Shown in pieces: positions 1 to 12,967 of a DNA stretch of 64,000 nt (position 1 is the first letter of the stretch; each line of letters starts with the position of its first letter). The notes under the pieces are model-generated. The model did no database searches. It saw only the letters and a list, made by a program, of their open reading frames with translations, and was not told the DNA's origin. The translations under genes were made by a program, and so were the position numbers. Origin of the DNA: Halocafeteria seosinensis (lineage: Eukaryota); NCBI GenBank assembly GCA_001687465.1, contig LVLI01000294.1:124001-188000 (forward strand), read 5' to 3'.

Positions 1-433
1 CTCTTAGCCGCCCACGCTTGATAGTACTGCAGCAATCAATGTTGCATGTATACTTAGCAAAGATGTACAATCAGAACGGCACTGTGATGTCTCTCACCTC
101 TACTCCATATCTCAGAGCAATTGCACCCGCTGCAACAGCGATACCCCCCACAATCACTGGATTCTCGGTCGGCGGTGATGTATGAATTCCTCTCTGTTGT
201 TGACGGGCTAAGCTTGTCTCAGTCTGACTTCCCCGAAGAATTGCCGCCTGTTGATCGATTCCAAGACTAGTTCTACCCTTAAGACCACTATTTCCTTGGT
301 CAAATTCATTAAAACATGTCGAGTTCCCAATGAAGTTCGAGTAGAAGTGCAAGGTCGTTGGTCGATGGTAGGTAAATACTCGAGCAGTAGTGGGCGTTCC
401 TACGCGGCGCTGAGTAGCGAGCACACGAGACAT
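1..433 (-). CDS. Pam18/Tim14-like mitochondrial import motor J-protein, 5' part; gene runs off the left edge
   Basis: NPVIVGGIAVAAGAIALRYGVE, then a GT-AG intron (~28-96), then YYQAWAAK, resembles the Pam18/DNAJC19 N-terminal anchor. The Arg/Ser/Thr-rich N-terminus is presequence-like. The J domain is not in the window. Confidence 0.6.
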
Positions 434-1042
434 TCTAATCTACGAAGAAAATTGATCGAGTATGTATCGATACGCTACACCTATGCACTGCCAATCCTGG
501 TGTTAATTCACACCACGACACTACAATACAGGGTCACGATGCATGACTTGGTGTCACTGGAGCTTGAAGTTTTTACAACGATGGAGAACTTCAACTTTGT
601 GGACCACTGACTGATATAAGCTGGAACAGGTAACTAGTTCAGTAGACCGTGGAGTTAGAAGTCGGTAACTGTGTCTATTAAAAGGCAACGGTGGTAGTAG
701 TACCGCCAAAGAGAGTCGTTTGTGACGAAATGACCCGCATATGACCCTATACCGTGAATAGCCCTGTCATGGAATGTACGTAAGCTGATGCCGACCCAGT
801 CACCATGCAGTGGATCATATAGACAAGAAATTTAACAACGATTTCGCATGAGAACGCCTTGATACTTTCGTACGGAACACTGCACAGTATTTTCTATGGA
901 CCACCGACAGTCTTGTGAAGATCTCATATGCCAAACATTGTCAGGCCGTGTAGTTCATTTGCCAGTTATAGTATTGTCAACATACACGAATAATACAATA
1001 GCTTACTTTTGTTCGATCTGCTACGTATATTCTGTTGTCGTC

Positions 1043-4000
1043 ATGGCGAGCGCTGGAAGTGGAGGCGGTGGTGTCTCCGTGTTGATGGTGGCTGAGAAGC
1101 CCAGCATTGCAGAGAGCATTGCCAAGGTCTTAAGCAATGGAAAGCACCACACAGAGAGGAAAGGGATGAATGTTCATGAATTTGACGGCATGTTCCAAGG
1201 CAAAAAAGCGCACTTTAAATGCACAAGTGTTACAGGACACGTCTACAGTCGAGACTTTCCCAGTGACTTCCAAAATTGGGGTAAGAGAACGCTTACTATT
1301 ATGATTTTCCATTACCAATGCTGTTTGCTGAAGAAATCTGGAACGTCTGAAAAATTATTGTTGAAAGTATACACTAGGGAATGTTCTCGTGCTTTATTGG
1401 TTTGCTCAACTGCAGATGCGGTCGATCCTGCTGAACTCTTTACTGCCCCAACGGTGAAGAAGGTATGTGGATTGCACCGGACGTAATTACGCTTTAACTT
1501 GATGTAGAGATGCGTTCGATACTGTTGCTTCAGGAAACAAAGTCGAGTACTGTGAACCATCTTGCTTCGCAAGCGAAAGGCGCGACGTATCTAGTACTAT
1601 GGCTCGACTGCGATAAGGAAGGGGAAAATATTTGCTTTGAAGTGCTCGACGTGGTGTGGCCTAAGATGAAACGCTTAGATGGGAACCAAAAGTCGCAGTA
1701 CGGATATGGTCCGGATGCCAAACATCAGCAGGTATTCCGAGCCAAGTTCAGCGCAGTTGCAAAACCTGATATTGAAAAGGCAATGCGTTCATTGGCTGTG
1801 CCAAACGAGAATGAGAGTATAAGCGTTGATTCGAGACAGGAATTAGATTTGAAAATTGTATGTGTGCCTGCTGATGTGGACTGTATGCTGTTGTACCATC
1901 TGCGGCTAACTGAAACACGTGGGGTTCTGAACTTCAGGGAGTTGCCTTCTCTAGATACCAAACCAAGTTTTTTCAGGGGAAGTATGGCGACCTAGACTCG
2001 AACTTGATTAGTTACGGGCCTTGTCAGACACCGACTCTGGGATTTTGTGTCGATCGGCATGATCAAATTCAATCGTTTCAGCCTGAAACATTCTACACTG
2101 TGCAAGTTGAGGTACATCCAGAGAGTCAACTGTGTAGGCGTACTTTGGTACTTCCTCATATTGTGTTTTGCAGACGAAGAGGCAAAATCAGCTTGTTTCG
2201 TTTACATGGAAGCGTGGAAGAGTTTTCGACCAAGACGTAGCCAAGTATTTTGAACAGAAAGTTTCTGCCGTGGGCCCGTTGACCGTGTTGAGCGTAAAAG
2301 AGAGTCAAGGACGAAAGAAGCCTCCTACCCCATTGAATACGGTCGAGTTATTGAAATTGGCATCCAAGGGATTAGGTATGGGTCCTGCGACTGCAATGAG
2401 TACAGCTGAACGGTTGTATCTATCTGGGTAAGTCCCTGCTCCCGATGAGTTTCAGCTAAATTCTCGAATGTAACGTTCTCGTGTGTTCAGACTTGTGTCT
2501 TATCCGCGAACCGAATCAACGAAGTATCCAGACAGTTTTGACATCCATGCGACTGTCAAGGCGCTCAATAGAGGATATTACGCCAATTCCGTTTCGTACG
2601 TATTCCCAAACCACTGCCACTGTACACAGAAGGTCCACGACGGCTAGCTGTTGTGCTGCAGTGGCCTTCTCCAAGACAAGATCCACAGACCTTCGGGTGG
2701 AGTGGACATGGGAGATCATCCTCCCATAACCCCTGTCCAATTTGCTGATCCTATGTCTTTGGGCGGAGACATGGGGAGACTCTACGACATGATAGTATGC
2801 CATTTCTTGGGCAGTGTGGCCTCAGACTGCATCTATCAAACTACTACCGTAAGTTGCCTCAGTTGGCTTCCTGTTACTTCTCTACTGGTTTATTCACGAT
2901 CGTTGGCGCAGATTACTATGGAAGCGGGTGATGAAACGTTTTCTGCATCGGGCAAGCGCGTAACCTCTCCAGGCTTCACCCAAATCATTACGAATCAAGC
3001 TATACCGGACGACCAGCTTCCCAGCTTCACGGAGGGGGAGAAGGTACTCATTTGTTATGTGTTGTTATATAGAACGTTTCGACTATGTCACCAGGAAGGT
3101 ACGTTCACAGGTTGAAATAGACTCCGTCAAAATTAAGACAGGGAAAACGGACCCACCGGGTTACCTAACGGAGAGTGAACTCATTGGTCTCATGGAAAAG
3201 AATGGTGCGTGGTTTCCGCGCTGTAATGAGCGCTTTGTGTGTTATCATGCTACGATATGATTTCGCACACAGGCATCGGTACCGACGCCTCCATAGCCAC
3301 GCATATCAATAACATTGCCCAACGAAACTATGTTAGTATTGGCTCAGGCCGAACCTTAGTTCCGACGCGTTTAGGGATTGTCCTAGTTCACGGGTATTAT
3401 AAAATTGATCCTGACTTGGTTAGACCGAGAGTGCGGGCGGAGATAGAGAGACAATGTGATCTGATTGCCGTGGGAAAGGCCAAGAAGCCAGAAGTTTTGG
3501 CCCACGCTCTTCGCATTTTCTTTATGAAATTTAGATACTTCGTTGCAGCTATTGATATGATGAATGAATTGTTTGAGGCTTCGTTTGCGCCTTTGGGGGA
3601 GAGCGGCAAGCCGATGTCGCGGTGCGGGAAGTGTCGCCGCTTTATGAAATACGTCTCCAAAAGACCAGTGCGGCTTTACTGCCCTACCTGCCAGGAGACC
3701 TATAACTTACCTCAAAACGGTACTATCAAAGAATTTAGTGGTAATTCTTGTCCTCTCGATGGTTTTGGGCTAGTGCAGTTTTCGCTTGGGAACTCTGCCA
3801 AAGCGATGGGAAAAAGGTATGGCAGAAAGAGCATGTATCACAGGTATTCAGTTTATCAAGGTCTTTCCCGAACACAGTTATCCTGTATGCCCCTACTGCT
3901 ACAACAACCCGCCTTTCGAAGGATTTACGGTGATGGCTTGCAACCAGTGTCTTCATCCCTCTTGCACCCATAGTTTGACTTCCAACGCCGTCTGTGCCTG

Positions 4001-4575
4001 TCCTGAAGATGAATGTGATGGCGTGCTTGTCTTGGGTAAGTAAAGACTTTGCTGTACAGGTAGAATGCTATGTTTGTCTATTGCCTAATTTTTGCAGATG
4101 CCTTTTCCAAACCCAACTTTAAAATGGGATGCAATGTCTGTAATGTATGTTGCTATCCTCCCATGTTGCTAAATGTGGATGCAGACCTCTGGTGCTCCGT
4201 TGCTTGCAGGTGATTGTAAAATTTACTGGTACATTTCACTCCGTCAAGAGAACCAATGTAAGTTTGCACCTGTTTGCTAAATCAGTGACCCATCGATGAC
4301 TATATGGTACACTTTAGCAGAGCAAATGTGATTGTGGGGCCTACAACGTGAATGTTGAATTTCATAAGGACCACAACCCGCTGGAAAATGGAAAGTCTAC
4401 CCACGAGGGGTGCGTTGTGTGTGATGACTTCTTGCACGACTACTTAGACCAACAAAAAGGAAGAATGAAACATCGAGATCTTACCCGTGGGAAGGGGAAG
4501 AGACGAGGTGGCCGCAGGGGAGGTAGAGGAGGAAAACTATCGAAACATGAAATGCTGATGTCTGATAATTTCTAA
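1043..4575 (+). CDS. TOP3B: DNA topoisomerase III beta (multi-exon)
   Basis: TOPRIM motifs [11 protein letters not shown] and [51 protein letters not shown]-terminal Cys4 zinc ribbons and RGG tail. Exons joined by GT-AG introns. Confidence 0.95.
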
Positions 4576-7304
4576 GATATATCCAAGGTTCCTCTTGAAC
4601 GCTCATACTCAGACCAGGACCCATAGAAAAACTCAACCTGTTGCAACCTCGACGTAAATTCAATGCTTATATAGTCGTGCCTATAAATTCAGCGCCTGGT
4701 ACTTACTTCGCCGACGTCCTTAAATGCAAGCGTATGAGTGCTTACTCGGTCGAGAAAGTATCGATCGTGGCTTACAATCATTGCGCATCCACTGAAGCCC
4801 AATATAGCGTTCTCAAGAGAGCGAAGAGTGTCCACATCTGCGCATTCAAGAGCAGCGTGGTAAAAATACCAAATTAACTAACTCTGGAGGGACATCGACA
4901 CACTTACCCAGGTCGTTAGTAGGCTCGTCGAGGATAAGAAAGTTCGAAGACTGCGAGAGCACTCTCGCCAAGTGCACCCTATTTCTTTCACCTCCTGAGA
5001 GCGATTTGACATATTTCTGCATGCAGGACAACCACTGAGTGGCAGTGCTGAATACGGAGGCCGTATTCCATATACACCATACCAAGGCAGTATCGCCCTT
5101 TAAGTTGAAGCCCGCAAGGTAAGCCCGTGCGTCCAATTCTTTATCTCCCATCTGAATTACCCCTGATCCGTCGCTTACAGCGTCCATAACCCTCGCATTC
5201 TCTTCTAGATCATCTCTAGCTTGGGAAACTAATCCTAATTTCACTGTCGACCTGTATTGTTAATACAAATTGCACAATGGACGATTCGATTCTCTGGTTT
5301 TTCGGCTTGAATATATAAACTTACCCTATTTCCACTTTGCCACTATCCGATTCTATGTCTCCGGCAATCATCCGCATTAAAGTTGTCTTTCCTACCCCAT
5401 TTCCGCCGACTACACCAACAACCGCCCCACGGGGAACTTCGAAAGACAACTTCTCAAAGAGCTTCCTCTTATACTCGCCTTGCTTAGATGGCTCTGTGAC
5501 ATGGTACGAGAGGTCATGCACCTTTAGGACGTCCTGGCCCAGTCGTGGCCCCGGAGGAATGTTAATAGCACCTGACAAGAGAAACACCATTGCGTCTTAG
5601 TCTCATAAACGGGTCAATGACAGATTACGCTGCACGAACCTGATAGGAATTTACGATTCTGAGACTCTAATTCAGCTTCCTCGTTCATCTTCTCGAAGGC
5701 AGTGATTCGGGACTTGGACTGCATCAACAATAAATTGACCTCCTTGAATGAGTAGGGCATTTGACTACATCGTATGCTTCGGCACCAACCTTAGTCTGCT
5801 GGCCCTTACTCCCCTGTTTAAGCCATTGCAGTTCCTCCTGAATGGCGGCTTGCTTCTTCCTGCAAAATAATAGTGCAAATTACATGACAACAGTCGACTT
5901 CTTCACCTGTCACGCAAACTTACTTATCTGCTTTTTCTTCTTGCTCAAGCCGCTCTGCTTTCTTGTATAACCATGTAGAATAATTTCCTGAGTATGGATA
6001 CAGTCTTCCCCGGTCAATTTCGAGAATCCATCCGGCAACATTGTCGAGAAAATAACTGAAAGACAAAAAATGGTTTTAAGTAAGGCCAACATAGAACCCA
6101 GGCATATTGCCAAATCACGTACCGATCATGTGTTACAGCAATTACCGTCCCCTTGTAATCTTTGAGGAAAGACTCCAGCCAGTTAACCGACTCTGTGTCC
6201 AGATGATTGGTCGGTTCGTCCAACAGCAAGAAGTCCGGGTGTTCCAAGAGCAATCTACACAAGGCGACCCTCCTCTTTTCTCCACCTGATAGCACGTTAA
6301 CATCCTTCGTATCCGGGGGAACGCGGAGAGCTTTCTTGGCTGACTCCACATGGTGGCTAAGGTTCCAACAGTCCAGAGCTTCTATCTTGTGCTGGATCTC
6401 CGCTTGGTCTTGGAGCAGCTGCGAAGGAATTGGGGAAGATACCAGTATTGGGACCTACGATGGCAAACTGTAGTCACTAGGAGTAGCGATTTGAACCTAC
6501 TTCATTAATATCGGCGTCAGGATCGCCCATCTGCATCGAAATCTCGTCGAATCGGTTCAGTAGGTCCGTTTTTTCCTTCAATCCATCCATTATGTTTTCA
6601 TGGACACTCTTAGAAGAATCTAATTCCGGTTGTTGGTCTAAGTATCCCACTTTAATGGTATCTTCCATCCATACTTTGCCTTCATAATCTCTGCATTGAG
6701 GAGAACAAGGTGCCGAAACTCGTAACGCTGATTCGCTTGTGTCCAGCTCTTACTTGTCTTTCCCGGCGAGAATTCGAAACAGAGAGCTTTTTCCGGATCC
6801 ATTAAGGCCTACTACCCCTATCTTCGCTCCTCGGAGAAATGACAGATTCGTTTCTTCAAAGAGTTTCCGTGGACCTGGCAGTACTTTAGTGAGTCCTTCC
6901 ACTCTTGCCACCACGTCTCCTTCGATGCCTCCGCCTTGTGTCTTCCTGTTCATTGTATCTCGCGCGGCTTGCTTAAGGCGTGCTTCCTCCTTTTTCGACG
7001 GCTTACTTTTACCAGCATTGTTATTGGCACATCTCAGTCCTGAGGCATGGAATTTCCTGCAGCTCCCGGCAGCAATTGCTCTGCGGACGGTGTCGGACCA
7101 CGCTGCAATGTTTTCCCACCGCCGATTTACGGGAGTCCCATAAACTCGAGTACAACCAGATACGCCTCTTTTCCGAAGCGTCGACGGCATGAAACCACTC
7201 CTAGCTTCATTGTAGGCCAGAGTCCGAACGCTGTGACTGTGTGACCAAGAGACAGCGTTTCGTCTGATGGTGTTCACTCCTCGCACACAAATTTGCCGGT
7301 TCAT
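4572..7304 (-). CDS. ettA: EttA-type ABC-F translation factor with long N-terminal presequence (multi-exon)
   Basis: Two ABC domains ([79 protein letters not shown]). Linker [20 protein letters not shown] is like bacterial EttA. No TM segments. Last exon [12 protein letters not shown] ends at TAG 4574-4572. Confidence 0.88.
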
Positions 7305-7617
7305 TGTCGAACACACTGACAGCCAACTAACCTAATCTACTAAGGTCATTACAACGCGCAAGCTAGAACCGCTGTACTCGGCGCTGGAACTTCCAGACTG
7401 GAAGTCCTCCACTCTGTGAAGTGGTGGGAGCACGATTCTCACAGGTACCGTCGTGCATACAAAGTCACACGTATATAGTCGTGGTTAATATTGACTATGA
7501 GAAGCTCATAAAATAAAACACTACAAAATCTGGAGGAAAAGACATTATTCTGGCTGTACCGGGGCCTCAAAACAGACCGATTTCGAGAGAGGCCAGAGAA
7601 GGACAGAAGTCCATATA

Positions 7618-9242
7618 ATGGGTGCTCATAACAGCAAGGGGCCCCAATACCCACGGTGGGGTTTCCAAGAAGCCTTCGGGTTCTCTTCTTATTGCTCTGC
7701 GGCGGCGGCACAAACGAGCGAAAGTGACAGCAGCGATGTCTCGGAGGTATGTCTTGCGCCACTTCCAATGGAATGGAGCGCCTTATCCTTGTCTTCTCCT
7801 GAGACATACAACTGTGTGATATCATTAATTATGTTTTACTTACTATATTTGGTTGATTACCTTGGTGCTGAATGAATGCAGACTACAAGAAAGTCTTTTG
7901 AAGGTATCACTTCAGGATTGGAGGAACAAGGCTTATCTGACACAGACGTGCAGAGCTATGCTGAGTTGGAACAGCAGAAGTCTTTGCAGCTTCATGCTAT
8001 TGAAGGACTCCAAGCTCAGGTGACCGTACCTTTTACCAAGTTGGAAGATGATGACTCGACGGGCATGCCCATGTCCAGTCTGTTCGCGATGCAGCACTTG
8101 TGAGTTTAGACCAAACGCATACGACAACACAGTCAAAGAAAGTTCAAGCTCTTCACGTGCCTTGCCAGAATGATGCTAGGTGGAAGTGGCGCTGCGTCAA
8201 TGATTCAATCTAGTGCTACATATCAAGAAAGTGAACAAAAGGTTTGTGATGTTGTTTGGAGTGTTTGTTGTGTTCCTGAGTTAGCCACTAGAGTTGGAAC
8301 TCCAGAACTTCGCAATGACCGTGGTGAGCCACGGACCTGGACCATGCATGGTGATCCCGAGTTTGACTTACCCCGTTGGAGATGGAAAATTCAATTTGCA
8401 AGCAATAGTGAGTTGCCTAGACACGTACAGCTTAAGTTGGGGTATTCTATTCGCTTGCGTTTCCTGCAGATGTCCAACGGTCAAGGAAGTCCACAGATGG
8501 AATCTCTAACAAGTCAGCTTACAACGAAAGGACCGGATTTCGCAGTGGATGTGGGTTTAACCAGAGGAGAAAGGACGGGTGATGCCTGGAGTCTAAGTTA
8601 CATGCAGAGTATGATTGGCTCGCTATGCTTGGGAGGTAGGTGAACCTGTATGGCTAAGAGTTTCGTAGCGGTGTTAACATAGGGCGTTTTCTTTCTGATT
8701 GCGCGGCAGGTTTTGGAAAGCTATATACAAAGCCTTCTACACTGTTTGAACCGAATTCTTTCACTTGGGGACTCAATGGCTCATGGCAAAGCGAAGACCA
8801 GAACACCACAGTCCTTGGTCAATATGACCATGAGAAGCAAGAAGCTAGTGTCCTGTAAGGTGCAAGAGTGATAAAAAAGACTCCCTCCTAGCACTTATTT
8901 TTTTTTTTAAATTTGCCAACCATGTAATTCAGGTATCATCATCTTGTGGAGGACAAGTTGAAACTTGGTTGTAAAGCCAATTTTCCCTTCGGCGATAGTC
9001 CGTCAACCGTTGCGTCCGCGGAAATCCCTATTAGGATAGAAAAGCAAATGGGATCCATTCCGTACACGACATTGAGCGCCGAAGTTGAATGCAAAGGCTC
9101 CATAGTGGATCCCGACGTTACGATGCGCGCAAACATAGACCATTTGCTCCTCCAAGGCCAAGGTGGTGTAACGGTGTCTGCCAGCTTTGACCATAAGAAC
9201 AAGGACTACAAAATGGGCGTTGGTTACAGAGTGCAAGCATAG
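7618..9242 (+). CDS. TOM40: Tom40-like mitochondrial outer-membrane beta-barrel import channel (multi-exon)
   Basis: Amphipathic beta-strand pattern across spliced exons (GLQAQVTVPF, WSLSYMQSMIGSLCLGG, VTVSASFDHKNKDYKMGVGYRVQA with a terminal beta-signal). Confidence 0.7.
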
Positions 9243-9341
9243 CCTGTAGATGTTAACCTAGTGTCAATCCGCTTGATTGACAGTACTTGGACAATATGAA
9301 GATTGTTCGGTACAAACGTATTGCGGAGTGACAAGTCATCG

Positions 9342-10076
9342 TTAGCGGACAAACAGGGCCGAGCCGAACACTGTAACTGTGCAGTTCAATGCACTTTGGT
9401 CTTTTTGCTTGTCGGAGGGCCTGAAGCAATCGGTCAAATTGATGCTACCAGTGTATTGTTAACTCTGGGGCGAAAGTCATCCGCAAACCTTCAACTTACC
9501 ATTTCACGACTTGAACACCATCGTTCACTCCTGCGTGTGTACACGAGAGTTGGATGATCAGTAAGTTGCCGAATCAGCCATAGTACTTAGCAGCCAACGT
9601 ACCGTCACAATAGCTACTGTGGGCAGAACAAAGACCTCCACCAGTATTTTGAGCTATTAAACACTGACAACCAAATTTAAAAGTAGAAAAGGTGTACTCT
9701 CGCCACACCTAAAGTCTTCTGCTTACAGTGACGTTATATTTGAATGGCTTCTTCAATGACGCTAGTGCTTGAATAGTGTCCTCGCAAATCCTACTCGTCC
9801 ATTCCGAAATCTTGTTTTCATCGTAGTGCTGGTGTAATAAATGGGTCTCGATAACCTGCAGTCGCTTCAGGATGCCAAACAGTAAATATGCGTGGTTCAT
9901 GAGCAACAACGTTATCCACGTACAGAGCGCACTATTTCATCCACCTCCTCTGAAAGGAACGATGACTGCATACACCAACAAACGCGTGATGCAAAGATAA
10001 CTCAATCCTGAGGGAAAGCAAGCGTCGACCCTTGAATGAAGCATAAACTTACATCATCTGATCTCAGTTCCGTCAT
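9342..10076 (-). CDS. DYNLT1: Dynein light chain Tctex-1 family (multi-exon)
   Basis: Spliced product MTELRSDD/SSFLSEEVDEIVRS/VIETHL..KISEWTSRICEDTIQALASLKKPFKYNVT/CLIAQNTGGGLCSAHSSYCD/GVNDGVQVVKW/..CTVTVFG matches the Tctex-1 consensus. Confidence 0.85.
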
Positions 10077-10426
10077 TGTCTGGTGCGTGTTTTCACTATG
10101 TGTATATAAATCCTTCTGTCCCGTAGTTATAACACTATTACTGCGCCTTTAGCTGGAAAGACAGTAGGGTGTTGTCAAGCCAACAGAGATGGTAAATTTT
10201 TGACAACCTCGTTCTGTAGGAGGAGGATGTTGGACGGGGATAGGCCTAAGCCGACTAGCTTCAAGAAGTTCACAGACTTCTTGGTAGCATGGCGGGGAAG
10301 ATTTCCACACCTGTAGGATTTGTTTGTCCAGTTGTCGATTTAAGGAAACAATAAGCTCTCAAACATATTGGCATCAAAGCAATACGGTAGAGGGAGAGCT
10401 GAACAAATCAGCTAAACTACTTAACA

Positions 10427-12936
10427 ATGTCCACAAGTCAAAGGTTAACGGCTGGTTCCAAGCAGGAAGCAAAACAAGACTTCAGACAAAAGCTGCAGCA
10501 AGTAGAGAAGGCGAAACGCAACAGAAAGGGAAATCAAGCTAACAAAAATGCTTCACTGGGAAGAAGTGTACTTGGAGCAGTCACTAATGTTGTAGCGGAA
10601 GATACTGCCAGCGTCCCGCAAAAGGAAGCTGGACGACCTCCCCGGCCCTCAAGACAACAACAAACTGCCGTCAAACCGCAAGCGAATACTAGCAGTAGCA
10701 GAAAGAAAGGAAATACTGCAGCCAACAGCAAAAACGTAAGTGCTTGTTCTGTTTCTTCTCAGTGGTGTTGATACACCGAGGTGGAAATTGCGCGCGCGCG
10801 CGTCCCTGGGACGAAGCGCCGCGCGTTGATGCTGGCATCCCCTCACTTTTCTTTTAACCCCTCGACAAAAAAGCTAATTGATTCATTTTTGATATATGGG
10901 TTGCAGAAACGGAGAACTTCCAGAACCGGATCGCAAACAAGTAGCAACAGTGGAGGTACTAAGCGCAGGAAGCGTGCCGAAGCTGTTGGAAGTGCAGATG
11001 AAGAGGATTGTAATGGGGAAGATTCGGATCAGCCCTCGTCTCCTGAACCTGAAATCCAGTTTGGAACAAGCACTGAGAGTTCGACGCGTAAACAGTCTCT
11101 GAGAAATCTAAGCACTGGTTCGCTTGAGTTTGGCCAGATGCCGGAGACGCCAACCTGTCTACTAGAGAACGCTGACGAGTCACAACTCCCTAGCGATGTT
11201 AAAGAACTAATGCGGTATGCTGTCTTTTTAAAAAGGAAGGTGAAAAAATATGAAGAAGCAGGTTCGTCCAGTTATAGTAGAGTGGAGGAAGAACGCCGAA
11301 AGAGTGTGGAACAAACAATAAACCTGGCCAACAGTGTCCGTTCTACTAGCGATATGCAAATGGAAATATGTAGGCTTCAAAAGCAACTAAAAGAGTACAA
11401 AGCAAGTAACTCAAACTCCAATGAAGCTAGTTCGAGAGCAGGACAAAAGCATAAAAAGCAACTGGATGAGTCGAATCACAAAGTAGAGGAGCTATCAACT
11501 GAAAACCAGAAACTGAGAGACCAGAAAGAAGAATTGGAGACCACTATTGAAAGAAAAAATGAGTCTATTCGAGAACTAGAGGGTAAGTTGGAACAAAAGC
11601 AACAGGAAACGGAGGAGCTGCGCAAGAGGGAAGGGGAACTAACCGACCGCTACGAAAATGCTATACACGAGAAGCAGCAAGCAGATGAGGAGGCCAAACG
11701 TTGCATCGCAGAGGCCGAAAAATTCCGAAAACAGTACGAAGAGGTGGAACAAGAGCGACTGAAGCTGAGGGAGGAGTTACTAGATCTACGAGGTGAAATC
11801 AGAGTCTTTTGTCGTGTACGTCCATTGTTACCGGGTGAAGCCGCGAAAGGGAACGGGAAAGGGAACATATTCACATTCCCGCAAGCAAAAGCGGACGGAA
11901 CTACGCGGATACAGATGCTTGATCATTCGCGGAGCAAAAACGTAGCTGGCGACACAGTAGATGCGAAAGCATGGCCTTTTGACTTCAACCGGGTATTCAC
12001 TCCTCAAAATGACCAGCAGGATGTGTTCCATGAAGTCTGTCCCGTTGTGGAGTCGTGTCTTAGCGGCTATCGGGCTTGTCTCTTTGCTTACGGGCAAACG
12101 GGAGCAGGTAAGACGTACACGATGCTAGGGAATCCTGCAGATATCCAGCACAAAACCGGAGCGGGAAGTGAGGAGTCATTTGGTATCATACCTCGGTCTG
12201 TCCAACACCTATTCCATCAAATTGAAATAATGCATTCACACGGATGGGAATCACAGCTGTCGACTCAAATGCTCGAAATATACAATGAGCAGATATATGA
12301 TCTTTTAGGGAAGCAGAAGAAGACTAATCTGGACGTTAAGATCGATAAAGACGGGGAACCCTCCATTCCGGGCCTTACGCAGCACAATGTTACGAATCTG
12401 TCGGAAATCTGGGAATTAATACAATTAGCTGCTAAGAGTAGAGCCACATCGTCCACATCCTGTAATGAAGAATCTTCGAGGAGCCATGCAGTCTTCACAC
12501 TCAAAGTAAACGGTAAGTGATTCGCTCGATTGGATTGTGAATAAGGTCCCTTTGAGCGGTACCTCATTCTGGTGCAGTCACCCATCGCGAGTCAGGCGAA
12601 CACAGAGAAGGACAGCTACACTTAATCGACTTGGCTGGAAGCGAGAGAATAAGTAAAACAGGGACCAGCGGGACAACCATGAAAGAGGCCCAAAGCATCA
12701 ATAAGAGTCTATCGACTTTAGGAAAGGTCGTAGCAGCTCTCGCTAGCAAGGCTAAGCATGTACCATTCCGCGACTCAAAGCTTACGCGACTTCTTCAGCC
12801 CTCACTAAGCAACTCGCAGAATTGTAAGGCTCTAATGATATGCAATTTGAGTCCGGTGGAGGAGCATGCTCAAGAATCATTGTGCACCTTGCGATTCGCC
12901 CAGTCGGTCGCGCAATGCACGCTGAAGCAAAAATAA
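10427..12936 (+). CDS. Kinesin-14 (C-terminal motor, Ncd/Kar3/KIFC type)
   Basis: Basic tail, coiled coil, neck LRGEIRVFCRVRP, P-loop FAYGQTGAGKTYTM, NEESSRSH, LIDLAGSER, HVPFRDSKLTRLL. Introns at ~10736-10906 and ~12513-12577. Confidence 0.93.
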
Positions 12937-12967
12937 ACATCCCCCAATGCGGTGACCATTCTATCGT

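Noticed and set aside
251..610. 119-aa plus-strand ORF
   Set aside because: Antisense to the Pam18-like 5' end, non-ATG start, no recognisable motif.
8242..8470. Stop-free read-through within Tom40 suggesting intron retention
   Set aside because: A better model has an internal exon in another frame (NFAMTVVSHG..FNLQAI) with canonical splice sites.
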